64,000 nt of DNA from contig JBIOXB010000239.1 in the NCBI GenBank assembly GCA_044869275.1, positions 1 through 64,000 of the forward strand, given 5' to 3'. The stretch's first letter is position 1. The number at the start of each line of letters is the position of its first letter. The DNA is from a bacterium. Lineage in GTDB: Bacteria; Zhuqueibacterota; Zhuqueibacteria; Zhuqueibacterales; Zhuqueibacteraceae. The notes beneath the pieces are model-generated. The model saw nothing but the letters and a program-made list of their open reading frames with translations, was not told where the DNA came from and did no database searches. This document shows positions 9,524-19,914 of this stretch, one piece after another. The translations under genes and the position numbers were made by a program.

Positions 9524-11116
9524 ATGCACACTGGTTTCAGCAACAGGTTATCCCGGCCGTCCGGGATGATCGGCAGTGGAGTGGTTATTCTCATTTCGAT
9601 GGCGCTGCCGTCCAGCACTATTGCGCTGTCTGCCGCCGACGGCCCCAACAAACTGATTATCAATGCGGATCAGGGCAAGGCGACCATCAACCGCCATATC
9701 TATGGACATTTTTCGGAGCACTTGGGGCGTTGCATTTATGGCGGCTACTGGGTCGGTGAAGATTCGCCCATACCCAATACGCGAGGGATAAGGAACGACG
9801 TCGTTGCCGCATTGAAAAAAACCAACATTCCCAATCTGCGCTGGCCCGGCGGCTGCTTCGCAGATGAGTACCACTGGCGAGACGGCATTGGACCGCGCAG
9901 TGAACGTCCGAAGATGATCAACACCCATTGGGGCGGAGTCACTGAGGACAACAGCTTCGGCACGCACGAGTTTATGGACTTGTGCGAGCAGCTGGGGACC
10001 GAGGCATACATTTGCGGGAACCTCGGCAGCGGCACGGTCGAAGAAATGTCGAAATGGGTTGAATACCTGAATTTCGACGGCGTGAGCCCCATGGCCGAAG
10101 CACGAAGGAAAAACGGCCGCGAAAAAGCCTGGAGCGTCAAATTCTGGGGAGTCGGAAATGAAAACTGGGGTTGTGGTGGAAATATGACTGCGGAGTTCTA
10201 TGCCGATCAATATCTCAGATATGCCACTTACTGCAGAAACTATGGTGACAACCGGCTCTTGAAAGTGGCCGGCGGATCCTATGGTGACAATTATGAATGG
10301 ACCGAGGTTTTGATGAAAAAAGTGGGCCCCCGGCACATGTGGGGTCTCTCCCTGCACCATTACACGACGGATTGGTCGAATAAGGGATCGGCAACGGCAT
10401 TTGATGAAAAGAAGTATTTTGAGGTGTTGGAGCGGTGCGTGAAAATATCGCCTATCCTCGACAAACACCTCATCATCATGGACAAGTACGATCCGGAAAA
10501 AAAGGTTGCCCTGGTCCTCGACGAATGGGGTACCTGGTACGACGTGGAGCCGGGCACCAATCCCGGCTTTCTGTTCCAGCAGAATACCATTCGCGACGCC
10601 CTGGTCGCCGGCATTCACTTGAACGAATTCAACAAGAGATGCGATCGCATTCGCATGGCCAACCTTGCCCAGACCATCAACGTGCTCCAGGCGTTGATCT
10701 TGACGCAGAATGAGAAGATATTGTTGACGCCAACGTATCACGTGTTTGAGATGTATAAGGTTCATCACGAGGCCACGCTGCTGCCCATCAACCTGGTGAC
10801 CGTGGACTATGTCTTTGGTGAAAACAAGCTTCCGGCCTTGAATGCCTCGGCTTCGAAGGATAAGTCAGGGAAGATCCACGTTTCAATCTGCAATTTGGAT
10901 CCCAACAAGTCCAACAAAATTGAATGTGAATTGCGTGGTGTCGAGGTGAAAAAGGCCTCCGGCCGGGTGTTGACCGCGCCGGCGATGAATTCGCACAATA
11001 CTTTTGACAGTCCGAACGTCGTCAAGCCTGAAATTTTCAAGGACGTTTCCTTGAGCGGTGGGAAGCTGATCGCGACGCTCCCGGCAAAGTCGGTTGTGGT
11101 TTTGGAAATTGAGTGA
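9524..11116 (+). CDS. GH51 alpha-L-arabinofuranosidase
   Basis: [60 protein letters not shown]. Confidence 0.93.
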   Translation: MHTGFSNRLSRPSGMIGSGVVILISMALPSSTIALSAADGPNKLIINADQGKATINRHIYGHFSEHLGRCIYGGYWVGEDSPIPNTRGIRNDVVAALKKTNIPNLRWPGGCFADEYHWRDGIGPRSERPKMINTHWGGVTEDNSFGTHEFMDLCEQLGTEAYICGNLGSGTVEEMSKWVEYLNFDGVSPMAEARRKNGREKAWSVKFWGVGNENWGCGGNMTAEFYADQYLRYATYCRNYGDNRLLKVAGGSYGDNYEWTEVLMKKVGPRHMWGLSLHHYTTDWSNKGSATAFDEKKYFEVLERCVKISPILDKHLIIMDKYDPEKKVALVLDEWGTWYDVEPGTNPGFLFQQNTIRDALVAGIHLNEFNKRCDRIRMANLAQTINVLQALILTQNEKILLTPTYHVFEMYKVHHEATLLPINLVTVDYVFGENKLPALNASASKDKSGKIHVSICNLDPNKSNKIECELRGVEVKKASGRVLTAPAMNSHNTFDSPNVVKPEIFKDVSLSGGKLIATLPAKSVVVLEIE

Positions 11117-11148
11117 GACGCTACACCGACAAGCCGCATCCAAGAAAG

Positions 11149-11216
11149 CCACACACGGATCAAAAAACCACACTGAACCCATTGGAACTATCAGCGTGGT
11201 CTTTTGATCCGCGTGG
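11149..11216. repeat. intergenic inverted repeat (CACGGATCAAA-type)
   Basis: CACACGGATCAAAAAACCACACTGA ... TCAGCGTGGTCTTTTGATCCGCGTGG. Confidence 0.65.
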
Positions 11217-11244
11217 AAATTCTTGTAGCTGAGATAAAATAACC

Positions 11245-13233
11245 GTGACCAACACGCAAAGCCAAAAATACAAAATGAAGAGAGTGAAGTACATCGTTCT
11301 GTTGCTCGTGGCGATTACGCTTTCTTGTGAATCTGAAAAAGCCGCAGGCGATTATCCCATTACGCCTGTGCCTTTTACCGGCGTTGCCTTAACGGATAAT
11401 TTCTGGTCCAAAAGAATCGAAACCAATCGAACCGTTACCATCCCGTTTGGCTTTAACAAATGTGAGGAGGAAGGCCGGATCCGAAATTTTGCCAAAGCCG
11501 GCGGCCTCATGGAGGGTGGATACGAAGGTAAAATGCCTTTCGATGATACCGATGTGTATAAAATCATCGAAGGCGCCTCGTATTCCCTGAAGGTTCACCC
11601 CGATGAAAAGCTGGAGCAATACCTCGATGATATTGTCACCCAAATTGCAGCCGCCCAGGAGGATGACGGTTATTTGTGTACCTGGAAGACTCTTGACCCG
11701 GATACCACACCCGCTCCCTGGGTAAAACCCGGTCCGCGCTGGCACCACCTGGCCGCCAGCCATGAGCTGTACAATGCGGGACATATGTACGAAGCTGCCT
11801 TTGCGCATTACCAGGCAACCGGCAAAAGGAATTTCCTCGACATTGCACTAAAAAACGCGGACCTGATTGCCGAGACCTTCGGTCCCGGCAAACGGCTTTC
11901 ACCGCCCGGTCACCAGATTATTGAAACCGGCCTGGTAAAACTGTACCGCGCCACGCATAACAAGAAATATCTCGATCTGGCAAAGTTCTTTCTGAATCAG
12001 CGCGGCAACGCGGAAGGCCATGAGCTTTACGGCGCTTACAGCCAGGATCACATTCCGGTGGTGCAGCAGGATGAAGCCGTCGGGCATGCGGTGCGCGCCG
12101 TCTATATGTATGCCAGCATGGCGGATATCGCCAGCATTGAAAAGGATTCTGCCTATTTGAATGCTATCGACAAAATCTGGGACAATGTGGTTTCCAAAAA
12201 AATATACATTACCGGCGGAATCGGCGCCCGGCACAAAGGCGAATCATTTGGTGACAATTACGAGCTTCCCAATCTGACTTCCTACAATGAAACTTGCGCG
12301 GCCATCGGCAATATCTACTGGAACCATCGCATGTTCTTGCTGCATGGCCATGCCAAGTATATCGATGTGCTCGAATGCACGCTTTATAACGGCATGATTT
12401 CCGGAGTGTCATTGGCGGGCGACTCTTTCTTCTATCCCAATGCGCTGGAGTCTGATGGCAAATATGAGTTCAATATCGGCAAGCTGGGCAGGCAACCCTG
12501 GTTCGACTGCTCCTGCTGCCCGTCAAACGTCATCCGTTTTGTTCCTTCGGTTACCAATTATGTTTACGCCCACGGTGATGAAAACTTGTACGTTAATCTT
12601 TTCATTGCCGGCAAAGCCGATGTTGTGTTGAATAAAACGCCCGTGCAAATCAGCCAGAAAACAAGCTATCCGTGGGACGGCAAAGTCGTGATAGCAGTAA
12701 ACCCGCAAGCCAGCAAGACATTTGCGTTGAACCTGCGCATCCCGGGTTGGGCGACCGGTCAACCGCTGCCGAGCGACTTGTACCATTATTTGGATGAAAG
12801 CCGGGAAAGCGTTACGCTTAAATTAAACGGTGAACCGCTTGACTTGAATCTGAAGAATGGATTCGCCGTGATCGAGCGGCGATGGTCACAAGGTGATGTG
12901 GTTGAACTCAACTTGCCCATGCAGGTTCGGCGTGTGGTTGCCAATGAGAATGTGAAAGATGACCGGAACAAGGTCGCGTTGACACGCGGCCCCCTCGTTT
13001 ACTGCGCCGAAGGTGTTGACAACGGCGGCAAAGTGTTGGATCTCATTGTTCCTGATAAATCCGAATTTCAGGCGGAGTACAAAAGTGATTTGTTGAACGG
13101 CGTCACCGTGATAAAAGGCAAAGCCGTGAATAAATCTGGTGAACAGCGGGAATTGACGTCGATTCCGTACTATGCCTGGGCGCATCGCGGTAATGGCGAA
13201 ATGGCGGTTTGGCTGCCTCGCAAAAAGCTGTGA
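11245..13233 (+). CDS. GH127 beta-L-arabinofuranosidase, probable lipoprotein
   Basis: FDDTDVYK, HELYNAGH, GHAVRAVY, YNETCA, CSCCPSN; lipobox-like TLS-C. Start likely ATG 11275. Confidence 0.92.
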   Translation: MTNTQSQKYKMKRVKYIVLLLVAITLSCESEKAAGDYPITPVPFTGVALTDNFWSKRIETNRTVTIPFGFNKCEEEGRIRNFAKAGGLMEGGYEGKMPFDDTDVYKIIEGASYSLKVHPDEKLEQYLDDIVTQIAAAQEDDGYLCTWKTLDPDTTPAPWVKPGPRWHHLAASHELYNAGHMYEAAFAHYQATGKRNFLDIALKNADLIAETFGPGKRLSPPGHQIIETGLVKLYRATHNKKYLDLAKFFLNQRGNAEGHELYGAYSQDHIPVVQQDEAVGHAVRAVYMYASMADIASIEKDSAYLNAIDKIWDNVVSKKIYITGGIGARHKGESFGDNYELPNLTSYNETCAAIGNIYWNHRMFLLHGHAKYIDVLECTLYNGMISGVSLAGDSFFYPNALESDGKYEFNIGKLGRQPWFDCSCCPSNVIRFVPSVTNYVYAHGDENLYVNLFIAGKADVVLNKTPVQISQKTSYPWDGKVVIAVNPQASKTFALNLRIPGWATGQPLPSDLYHYLDESRESVTLKLNGEPLDLNLKNGFAVIERRWSQGDVVELNLPMQVRRVVANENVKDDRNKVALTRGPLVYCAEGVDNGGKVLDLIVPDKSEFQAEYKSDLLNGVTVIKGKAVNKSGEQRELTSIPYYAWAHRGNGEMAVWLPRKKL

Positions 13234-13262
13234 GACAAGCCCGCAAGGGCCTTTAGTGGCCG

Positions 13263-13330
13263 GAAACCCAAAATTCAAAGCACAAAATCCAAAAGTGAGT
13301 TTGAATTTTGTGCTTTGGATTTTGAGTTTC
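13263..13330. repeat. heptamer-periodic 31-bp inverted repeat (AAATCCA/AAGCACA units)
   Basis: GAAACCCAAAATTCAAAGCACAAAATCCAAA-AGTGAG-TTTGAATTTTGTGCTTTGGATTTTGAGTTTC; second copy at 47419-47493. Confidence 0.85.
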
Positions 13331-13345
13331 TTTTAAAGGGAGTCC

Positions 13346-15298
13346 ATGATGCTAGGACAACACAACCAGTATGGAAGCAAAAAGCCCCAATTTATTTTTG
13401 TTGCCCTTTGTTCGATCCAGATGGTGTTCTTTTCACCATCAAATGCTCAGACATTATCCGTACAAGGAAGAGTTACTGCCTCCAGGTTTGCGGTGCAAGA
13501 TGCCGCTGTGACCTTTATCGACAACGCCGACACCACAAGAAAATTTTCGGCTTTGACAGATGCTGCTGGGTTTTATCGGGTCGGCCTGATATCTTCGGTG
13601 GAATCCAATACAAATTACCTCCCGGATAAATTTGAGTTAGGGCAGAGCTATCCAAATCCGTTTTCTTCCTCGGCTGCTATACCATATCAGCTCAAAAAGG
13701 GCTCCGAGGTTCGAGTGACAATATATGACATGCTCGGAAAGGAGGCCAGAAAATTTGTTGTTGGTAGTCAAACTGCCGGTTCACATAACGTACTCTGGGA
13801 TGGCCGAAATAACCTTGGCAAAAGAGTAGCCAGCGGAATTTACTTTTACAAGCTTCAGGCCGGAGATGAATCTCAGGTAAGAAAAATGGTTTTTGATTCC
13901 GGCGGTAGAGGTTCGTTATCACTTCCGCCAACGTTTTCTTCACCAATAGCGAAAGCGAATAAGGTTGAAGCGCAACATATTCAAGGTGGGAATTATTCGG
14001 TTCGGATCGAAAATACAGGCAATACTTTCCCAATAATCATTTCTGAACAAGTTGATAACGTTCCGGTACAGAATGACACAACCATTAATTTCAGGGTAAA
14101 TTACCTCGCGTCAACTATTGTCAATTTAGACAGTGTCCATCAGATCATTAGAGGCTTCGGTGCAGCCAACATTCTGCAATGGCGGCCTGATATGACAGAT
14201 TCTGAAATTGCGACCGCTTTCGGTACCGGGGAGGGACAGCTTGGGTTTACGATTCTGCGCCTGCGTGTTCCACCTGAGAGTAATCAATGGAGCGTTAACG
14301 TACGGACAGCAAAGAAAGCCCATGACATGGGTGTAATTATTATTGCTTCACCCTGGTCTCCTCCTGCATCTATGAAGACCAATAATAATTCAGTGGGTGG
14401 CGAACTTAGAGAAGATGCTTATGATGACTTTGCAGCCCATTTGAAATCTTTTGCAGATTTTATGTCAGCCAACGGGGTACCCATATATGCCGTATCTGTT
14501 CAAAATGAACCCGATGTTACTGTTACGTATGAATCATGTGACTGGAGTCCGGAGCAGATGGCAAAGTTTATGAGGGAAAATGCACATACTATTGGAACCC
14601 GGGTGATGGCTCCCGAATCTTTTCAGTTCAGGCGTGGAATGTCTGACCCGATACTAAATGATTCCGATGCTTGCGCGAATTTAGATATTGTTGCAGGGCA
14701 TATCTACGGCGGTGGTTTAGCGCGCTATCCATTGGCGGAAGAAAAAGAAAAAGAAGTTTGGATGACGGAGCATTTAACCGAAAGCTTGCATTCTGCAAAT
14801 ATTTGGTCTTTAGCCTTGGATGTCGGCGTGGAAATGCAAGAAGTTATGCAGGCCAATATGAGCGCCTACGTATGGTGGTATATTGTGAGGTATTATGGAC
14901 CAATAGGTGACGGGGAAAGTAGCGTTTCTTTTCCAAATGAAGAATTTGCGAAAAAAGGTGAAGTTACAAAAAAAGGGTACGCTATGTCTCAATACTCGCG
15001 ATTTATTCGTCCGGGATATTACCGCGTCGACTCGAAGAGTTGGCCGCTTGCTGGAAATCATTATATCACTGCATATAAGGATAGTCTATCCTCTCAGGTT
15101 GTTCTTGTTGCCATAAATGCAGGATCATCACCCCTGGAGGTGGCCTTCAGAATACAGAATGGTACCGTAAATAGTTTTTCTACTTACACTACTTCCCAAA
15201 CCAAGAATGTTGTGCGAGGCGATGAGGTCGAGGTCATCGAGAATAGATTTACTTTTAATTTAGAGGCATCAAGCATAACGACATTTGTATCAAACTAA
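13346..15298 (+). CDS. GH30 (XynC-like) glucuronoxylanase with N-terminal accessory domains, including an internal FlgD-Ig/sorting-like domain
   Basis: QIIRGFGAA, IIASPWSPPASMKTN, SVQNEPD, VWMTEH, AYVWWYIVRYYG, QYSRFIRPGY; QSYPNPF...SGIYFYKL within roughly residues 95-185. Confidence 0.88.
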   Translation: MMLGQHNQYGSKKPQFIFVALCSIQMVFFSPSNAQTLSVQGRVTASRFAVQDAAVTFIDNADTTRKFSALTDAAGFYRVGLISSVESNTNYLPDKFELGQSYPNPFSSSAAIPYQLKKGSEVRVTIYDMLGKEARKFVVGSQTAGSHNVLWDGRNNLGKRVASGIYFYKLQAGDESQVRKMVFDSGGRGSLSLPPTFSSPIAKANKVEAQHIQGGNYSVRIENTGNTFPIIISEQVDNVPVQNDTTINFRVNYLASTIVNLDSVHQIIRGFGAANILQWRPDMTDSEIATAFGTGEGQLGFTILRLRVPPESNQWSVNVRTAKKAHDMGVIIIASPWSPPASMKTNNNSVGGELREDAYDDFAAHLKSFADFMSANGVPIYAVSVQNEPDVTVTYESCDWSPEQMAKFMRENAHTIGTRVMAPESFQFRRGMSDPILNDSDACANLDIVAGHIYGGGLARYPLAEEKEKEVWMTEHLTESLHSANIWSLALDVGVEMQEVMQANMSAYVWWYIVRYYGPIGDGESSVSFPNEEFAKKGEVTKKGYAMSQYSRFIRPGYYRVDSKSWPLAGNHYITAYKDSLSSQVVLVAINAGSSPLEVAFRIQNGTVNSFSTYTTSQTKNVVRGDEVEVIENRFTFNLEASSITTFVSN

Positions 15299-15424
15299 AT
15301 TTGGATTTCATAATCCGAAAGAACCCCGTTGATAGGGATGTGCTTTCTTAATAACGATTACGCCTGTTTCTTTTTGGAGAAGATGACGGCTGCGAGCCGA
15401 GACAACAAAAGAAAGAGAGTGCCT

Positions 15425-15547
15425 ATGCGTTTTTATGTTGGCTGTTTATTTCTTGGTTTATGCTCGATCGTAGCGGCGCAACCCTTCGGCGGTCCTTATG
15501 GCCCGATCCGGCAAACGTATAAGTTGTCCACGTTCTTGCGAAACTGA
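15425..15547 (+). pseudogene. truncated duplicate of the 5' end of the beta-helix gene at 17903
   Basis: MRFYVGCLFLGLCSIVAAQPFGGPYGPIRQTYKLS versus MRFYIGCFLFCLISTAAAQPSGGPYGPMRQTYKLP. Confidence 0.85.
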
Positions 15548-15657
15548 GCCGTGCCGTAAGCTATATTCTGTATCACTGTGAGCGCTCCTGTCATGCTGTT
15601 TCGACTAGTTCGCGCTTCATCTTTGTTACTTCAACTCCATTACTTGGATCAAAACTT

Positions 15658-17832
15658 GTGAAAAGCTGTTTTGTATTTCTTGTCATGGGGCTGAACTTTG
15701 TGTTCACGCCGATTACCGATGCCCAAGATTTTTGGGAGCCGGCTAATGGACCATTTAATGGGAGCGTTTTTTCCCTCGCTATTAACTCCAGCGGACATGT
15801 TTTTGCAGGTGCAGGCGGTTCCGTCTATCGATCAACAAACAACGGGGAGAGTTGGTCTCCAGCCTATACTGGATTGGCGAATCTAAATGTCCTTTCCCTC
15901 GCCCTCAATTCCAGCGGGCATATTTTTGCGGGTACATTTGGTGGTGGAGTCTATAGGTCAACGGACAACGGGAATAGTTGGGCTCAAGTCAACACTGGGC
16001 TGGCGAATCTAAGTGTCCGTTCCCTCGCCATTAACTCCAGCGGACATATTTTTGCAGGGACTTATGATGGTGGGGTCTATCGGTCAATGAACAATGGGGA
16101 GAGTTGGACTCAAGTCAACACTGGCCTGACAACTCTGCAAATCCTTTCCCTGGCGATCAACTCCAGCGGACATATTTTTGCAGGAACCTATGGTGGGATA
16201 TATCGGTCAACAAATAACGGTGATAATTGGACTCAAATCAACAATGGATTTCAGTATCCCGAATTTGACTTCGTCATTTCTATTGCGATCAACTCGAACG
16301 GGCACATTTTCGCAGGGATATATGGCGGTGCGGATGGTGGGATCTATCGGTCAATGAATAACGGGGATAGTTGGACGCAAGTCAACACAGGTCTGACGGA
16401 TCCAGATATCCGTTCCTTCGCCATCAACTCCAGTGGGCATATTTTTGCCGGAACGGATGGTGGCGGGGTCTTTCGGTCGATGGATAACGGGGATAGTTGG
16501 ACTCAAGTCAATACTGGGATGACGGGCCCTTTTATTCATATCAATACTCTTGCCATCACCTTAAGTGGTCATGTTTTTACAGGGACATATTATGGTGAGG
16601 TCTATCGGTCAACGAACAACGGAGATAGTTGGACTCAAATCAGTACGGGTCTGACGGCTCGTCCAGTCTTTTCTCTCGCCATCAACTCCAGCGGTCAAAT
16701 TTTTGTTGGGACAACAGGTAGTAAGGTCTATCGGTCAACGGATAACGGGGATAATTGGACACTGGTCAACAATGATATGGTACACCCTTTCAGCCAAGTT
16801 CTTTCCTTTGCTATCAACTCGGACGGACATATTTTTGCAGGGATAATGGGTAGCGGGGTATATTGGTCAACCGATAACGGGGATAGTTGGACTCAACTCA
16901 ACACGGCTATGGCGGACACTGAATATGTCCGTGCCCTTGCTATCAACTCGAGCGGCCATGTTTTCGCAGGGATAGGTACAATTTATAATAATGGCATCGT
17001 TTATCGGTCAACAAATAATGGGAGTCATTGGACTCAGGTCATGGCTGGTCTGACCGGTGGCGCTGTTTATGCACTTGCCATTAGCTCCAACGGACATGTT
17101 TTTGCAGGGACAGATAATGGTGGCGTCTATCGGTCAACGAATAACGGGGACAGTTGGTCGCCTGTCATGACTGGTCAAAGCGGACTTCATATCCGATCTC
17201 TCGCCATCAACGCAAGCGGGCATGTTTTTGTAGGGACAAGTCGCGGGATCTTGCGCTCAACGAATAACGGAGATAGTTGGACAGATCATAATACGAATAC
17301 TGGTGTCCAATCTCTCGCCATCAACTCCAGAGGACATATTTTTGCAGGGACAAATGGTAGCGGGGTCTTTCTCTCAACGAATAACGGAGATAGTTGGACG
17401 TCTATCAACACTGGTGTAAGAAATCTTTTCCCCAGTGTCTTTTCCCTTGCCATCAACTCCAGCGGCCATGTTTTTGCAGGGACGCAAGACGGTCTCTATC
17501 GAAGTGTGCAAACGACTACAGAAGTTCGGGATGCGAACATGAATAAACCGCCGCTGTCGCTTGTACTAGAACAAAACTACCCAAACCCGTTTAATCCAGA
17601 AACCCATATTCGGTATCAGTTGCCCCATCAGTCGATGGTTAAACTGGAGATTTTCAATCTTCAAGGAGAGTTGGTGACAACCTTGGTGAATAAAATGCAA
17701 ACCGCAGGTGAGCACGCAGTTGTTTGGAACGGCACGAACAGCAATAGCAATGTAGTTTCAAGCGGCGTGTACATATACCGTATTACCACGGGAGATGTTA
17801 TGGAAACTAAAAAAATGCTCTTTGTAAATTAG
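15658..17832 (+). CDS. secreted 14-repeat beta-propeller (BNR/Asp-box-like) protein + C-terminal sorting domain
   Basis: Fourteen ~41-aa repeats of consensus SLAINSSGHIFAGTxGGGVYRSTNNGDSWTQVNTGL; signal peptide; QNYPNPFNP tail. Confidence 0.9.
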   Translation: MKSCFVFLVMGLNFVFTPITDAQDFWEPANGPFNGSVFSLAINSSGHVFAGAGGSVYRSTNNGESWSPAYTGLANLNVLSLALNSSGHIFAGTFGGGVYRSTDNGNSWAQVNTGLANLSVRSLAINSSGHIFAGTYDGGVYRSMNNGESWTQVNTGLTTLQILSLAINSSGHIFAGTYGGIYRSTNNGDNWTQINNGFQYPEFDFVISIAINSNGHIFAGIYGGADGGIYRSMNNGDSWTQVNTGLTDPDIRSFAINSSGHIFAGTDGGGVFRSMDNGDSWTQVNTGMTGPFIHINTLAITLSGHVFTGTYYGEVYRSTNNGDSWTQISTGLTARPVFSLAINSSGQIFVGTTGSKVYRSTDNGDNWTLVNNDMVHPFSQVLSFAINSDGHIFAGIMGSGVYWSTDNGDSWTQLNTAMADTEYVRALAINSSGHVFAGIGTIYNNGIVYRSTNNGSHWTQVMAGLTGGAVYALAISSNGHVFAGTDNGGVYRSTNNGDSWSPVMTGQSGLHIRSLAINASGHVFVGTSRGILRSTNNGDSWTDHNTNTGVQSLAINSRGHIFAGTNGSGVFLSTNNGDSWTSINTGVRNLFPSVFSLAINSSGHVFAGTQDGLYRSVQTTTEVRDANMNKPPLSLVLEQNYPNPFNPETHIRYQLPHQSMVKLEIFNLQGELVTTLVNKMQTAGEHAVVWNGTNSNSNVVSSGVYIYRITTGDVMETKKMLFVN

Positions 17833-17902
17833 AAATATCCTACTTGTTCCAAGCATGTATAAGAACTGTTGCAAATTCATAATGAGAAGAAAAAGAGGCC
17901 TT

Positions 17903-19738
17903 ATGCGCTTTTACATCGGCTGTTTTCTTTTCTGTTTAATCTCAACGGCAGCGGCGCAACCCTCCGGCGGGCCGTATGGTCCGATGCGGCAAACGTATAA
18001 GCTGCCAACAGGCGCGGGCAAAATCTACTACGTCGCGCCCGACGGGAAGGCCGAACAAACCGGCGAGTCATTGAGCACGCCGACGACACTCGAAGCAGCC
18101 CTCGAACGCGTTCGCACCGGCGATGCCATTATACTGCGCGGCGGAACGTATCGCACCGGCAATCTGATTTTGAATCAAGGCATCACCATTCAACCGTATG
18201 CCGATGAACAAGCCGTTCTAAAAGGAACCTTCGTCGCCTCCGAGCGGAAGAAGCAGGACAACGGGTTATGGGTCACCAAATGGCCGCGCTTATTTCCTTC
18301 CAAACCACAAGATTGGTGGCGGCGGCATCGAGAAGGCAAAAAAACCCCGCAGCATCGCTTCAACAACGACATGGTGTTCGTGGACGGCAGGTTCTTGCAA
18401 TCCGCCGGCTGGGAAGGTGAAGTGGAGGAGAACACTTTTTTCATCGACTACGAAACGGGGTTGGTTTATCTCGCCGTTGATCCGACGGACAAGTTGGTGG
18501 AGATCACCGCGTTTGAGCTCGCCCTCTTGAGAACGACGAAGGAAGTTCACGGCAAAACTTCTGATCGCAAAGGATACACCATTCGCGGAATCACGTTCAC
18601 GCAATATGCCTATCGTGCGCTTGAAATAGAAGGCACAGAGCCGGAAGGTTTATCCGACGAATCGAAGCATGGCAAGGAAGTGGTGGGCACAACACTGGAG
18701 CATTGTACGATTTCCTATTGCTCGCGCGTCGCAGGTTATCTTCGCGGCGATCGCATGACGATCCGGCATTGCAAGGTGAGCGATACCAGCACGGAAGGCA
18801 TCTACATCATTGCCTCGAACGACGTGCTGATGGAAAAGAATATTTTCATGCGCAATAATATCGAAAACATTACCGGGTACTATCCGGCGGCAGTGAAGAT
18901 CTTCAATCAATCTTACCGGGTAACGTGCAATGATAATTTGGTGATCGATCAGCCGAATTCCAACGGCATCTGGTATGACGTCGGCAACGTGGACGGGGTC
19001 TTTATTAATAATTGGATCGAAGGCGTAGGCCGTGTTGGCAAAACCATCAACACCGATCAACTCTGGCCGAGCGATAACGGCTTTTTCTTTGAAATCTCCA
19101 AAGGCGCCATCTGTGCCGGCAACGTATTCGTCAATTGTGATCATGGCCTCATGGTACTCAATGCCTCCAACGTTCAAATCTGCCAGAACACGTTCATCAA
19201 CAGCATGGCCTGCATCGGCCGCAACTCGCGCAGCGCCCAGGGTGACCATTTCGGCTGGCATCCCAGCACCGGACCGGATATTGACGCGCGCGAGGGCCAC
19301 GTCTTTGCCAACAATTTGCTGGTTGGCGATGAGGGCTTTAACCGGCCCCTGTTGTTCGTTTGGCAGCAGGCAACATTGTGTCAGCAGCTTACGCAATCAC
19401 AACTGAAACAACTCGATCATAATGTGTACGTGCGCGGCGCAGACAATACTTCTTATCCGTTGATCCTCTGGAGTCCTGCATCAAACGAGAAATGTCAAGT
19501 GGGAATTGGGTCATTGGAGGATTTGCGAAAACTGTATCCGGGATTCTCGGCCAGCAGCCGCAGTTATTTCAACTATGATGGCCCCTTGTTCAAGGGCGTG
19601 GAATTGGGCAATTACCAATTAATGTCAGGCTTTCCAGGATCAAAAACAGGAATGCAGCTCCCAGCGGCGATCAGCAAGTTTCTTGGCCAATCCGGGAAGG
19701 AGGGGCGATACGTTGGAGCGTACCCGCCAATGCCTTGA
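17903..19738 (+). CDS. secreted right-handed parallel beta-helix protein, probable carbohydrate-active enzyme
   Basis: YYVAPDG..G.S...P, GDAIILRGGTY, Asn-ladder repeats (GIWYD, FINNWI, NTFIN); AAGAGG RBS before ATG 17903. Confidence 0.8.
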   Translation: MRFYIGCFLFCLISTAAAQPSGGPYGPMRQTYKLPTGAGKIYYVAPDGKAEQTGESLSTPTTLEAALERVRTGDAIILRGGTYRTGNLILNQGITIQPYADEQAVLKGTFVASERKKQDNGLWVTKWPRLFPSKPQDWWRRHREGKKTPQHRFNNDMVFVDGRFLQSAGWEGEVEENTFFIDYETGLVYLAVDPTDKLVEITAFELALLRTTKEVHGKTSDRKGYTIRGITFTQYAYRALEIEGTEPEGLSDESKHGKEVVGTTLEHCTISYCSRVAGYLRGDRMTIRHCKVSDTSTEGIYIIASNDVLMEKNIFMRNNIENITGYYPAAVKIFNQSYRVTCNDNLVIDQPNSNGIWYDVGNVDGVFINNWIEGVGRVGKTINTDQLWPSDNGFFFEISKGAICAGNVFVNCDHGLMVLNASNVQICQNTFINSMACIGRNSRSAQGDHFGWHPSTGPDIDAREGHVFANNLLVGDEGFNRPLLFVWQQATLCQQLTQSQLKQLDHNVYVRGADNTSYPLILWSPASNEKCQVGIGSLEDLRKLYPGFSASSRSYFNYDGPLFKGVELGNYQLMSGFPGSKTGMQLPAAISKFLGQSGKEGRYVGAYPPMP

Positions 19739-19752
19739 GGGAGCTGCAATTA

Positions 19753-19856
19753 GCCCAACGGATAAAAGAGCGGCCAACGAATGAAGCGCACTGCCAAATC
19801 ATAAAACTTCGAAAGAGAGTTTTTGAATCCGTTGGTCGTGGTTTGATCCGTTGGCC
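19753..19856. repeat. intergenic imperfect inverted repeat (CCAACGGAT units)
   Basis: CCAACGGATAAAAGAGCGGCCAACGAAT ... ATCCGTTGGTCGTGGTTTGATCCGTTGG. Confidence 0.55.
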
Positions 19857-19914
19857 CTGCTGTATTCGAAAGCGGAACAAAATTCCGGAAATTCCTCTTG
19901 GAAGGGATTAGCAA

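Noticed and set aside
9548..10768. 406-aa minus-strand ORF, and similar long antisense ORFs (21517-22449, 31865-32821, 42788-43672, 54398-55243)
   Set aside because: Each lies opposite a well-supported gene, has no recognisable motifs, and is explained by codon-bias shadowing.
15760..17510. Regularly spaced ~125-bp DNA repeats resembling a CRISPR array
   Set aside because: They are in-frame coding repeats of the propeller protein, with no repeat-spacer structure and no cas genes.
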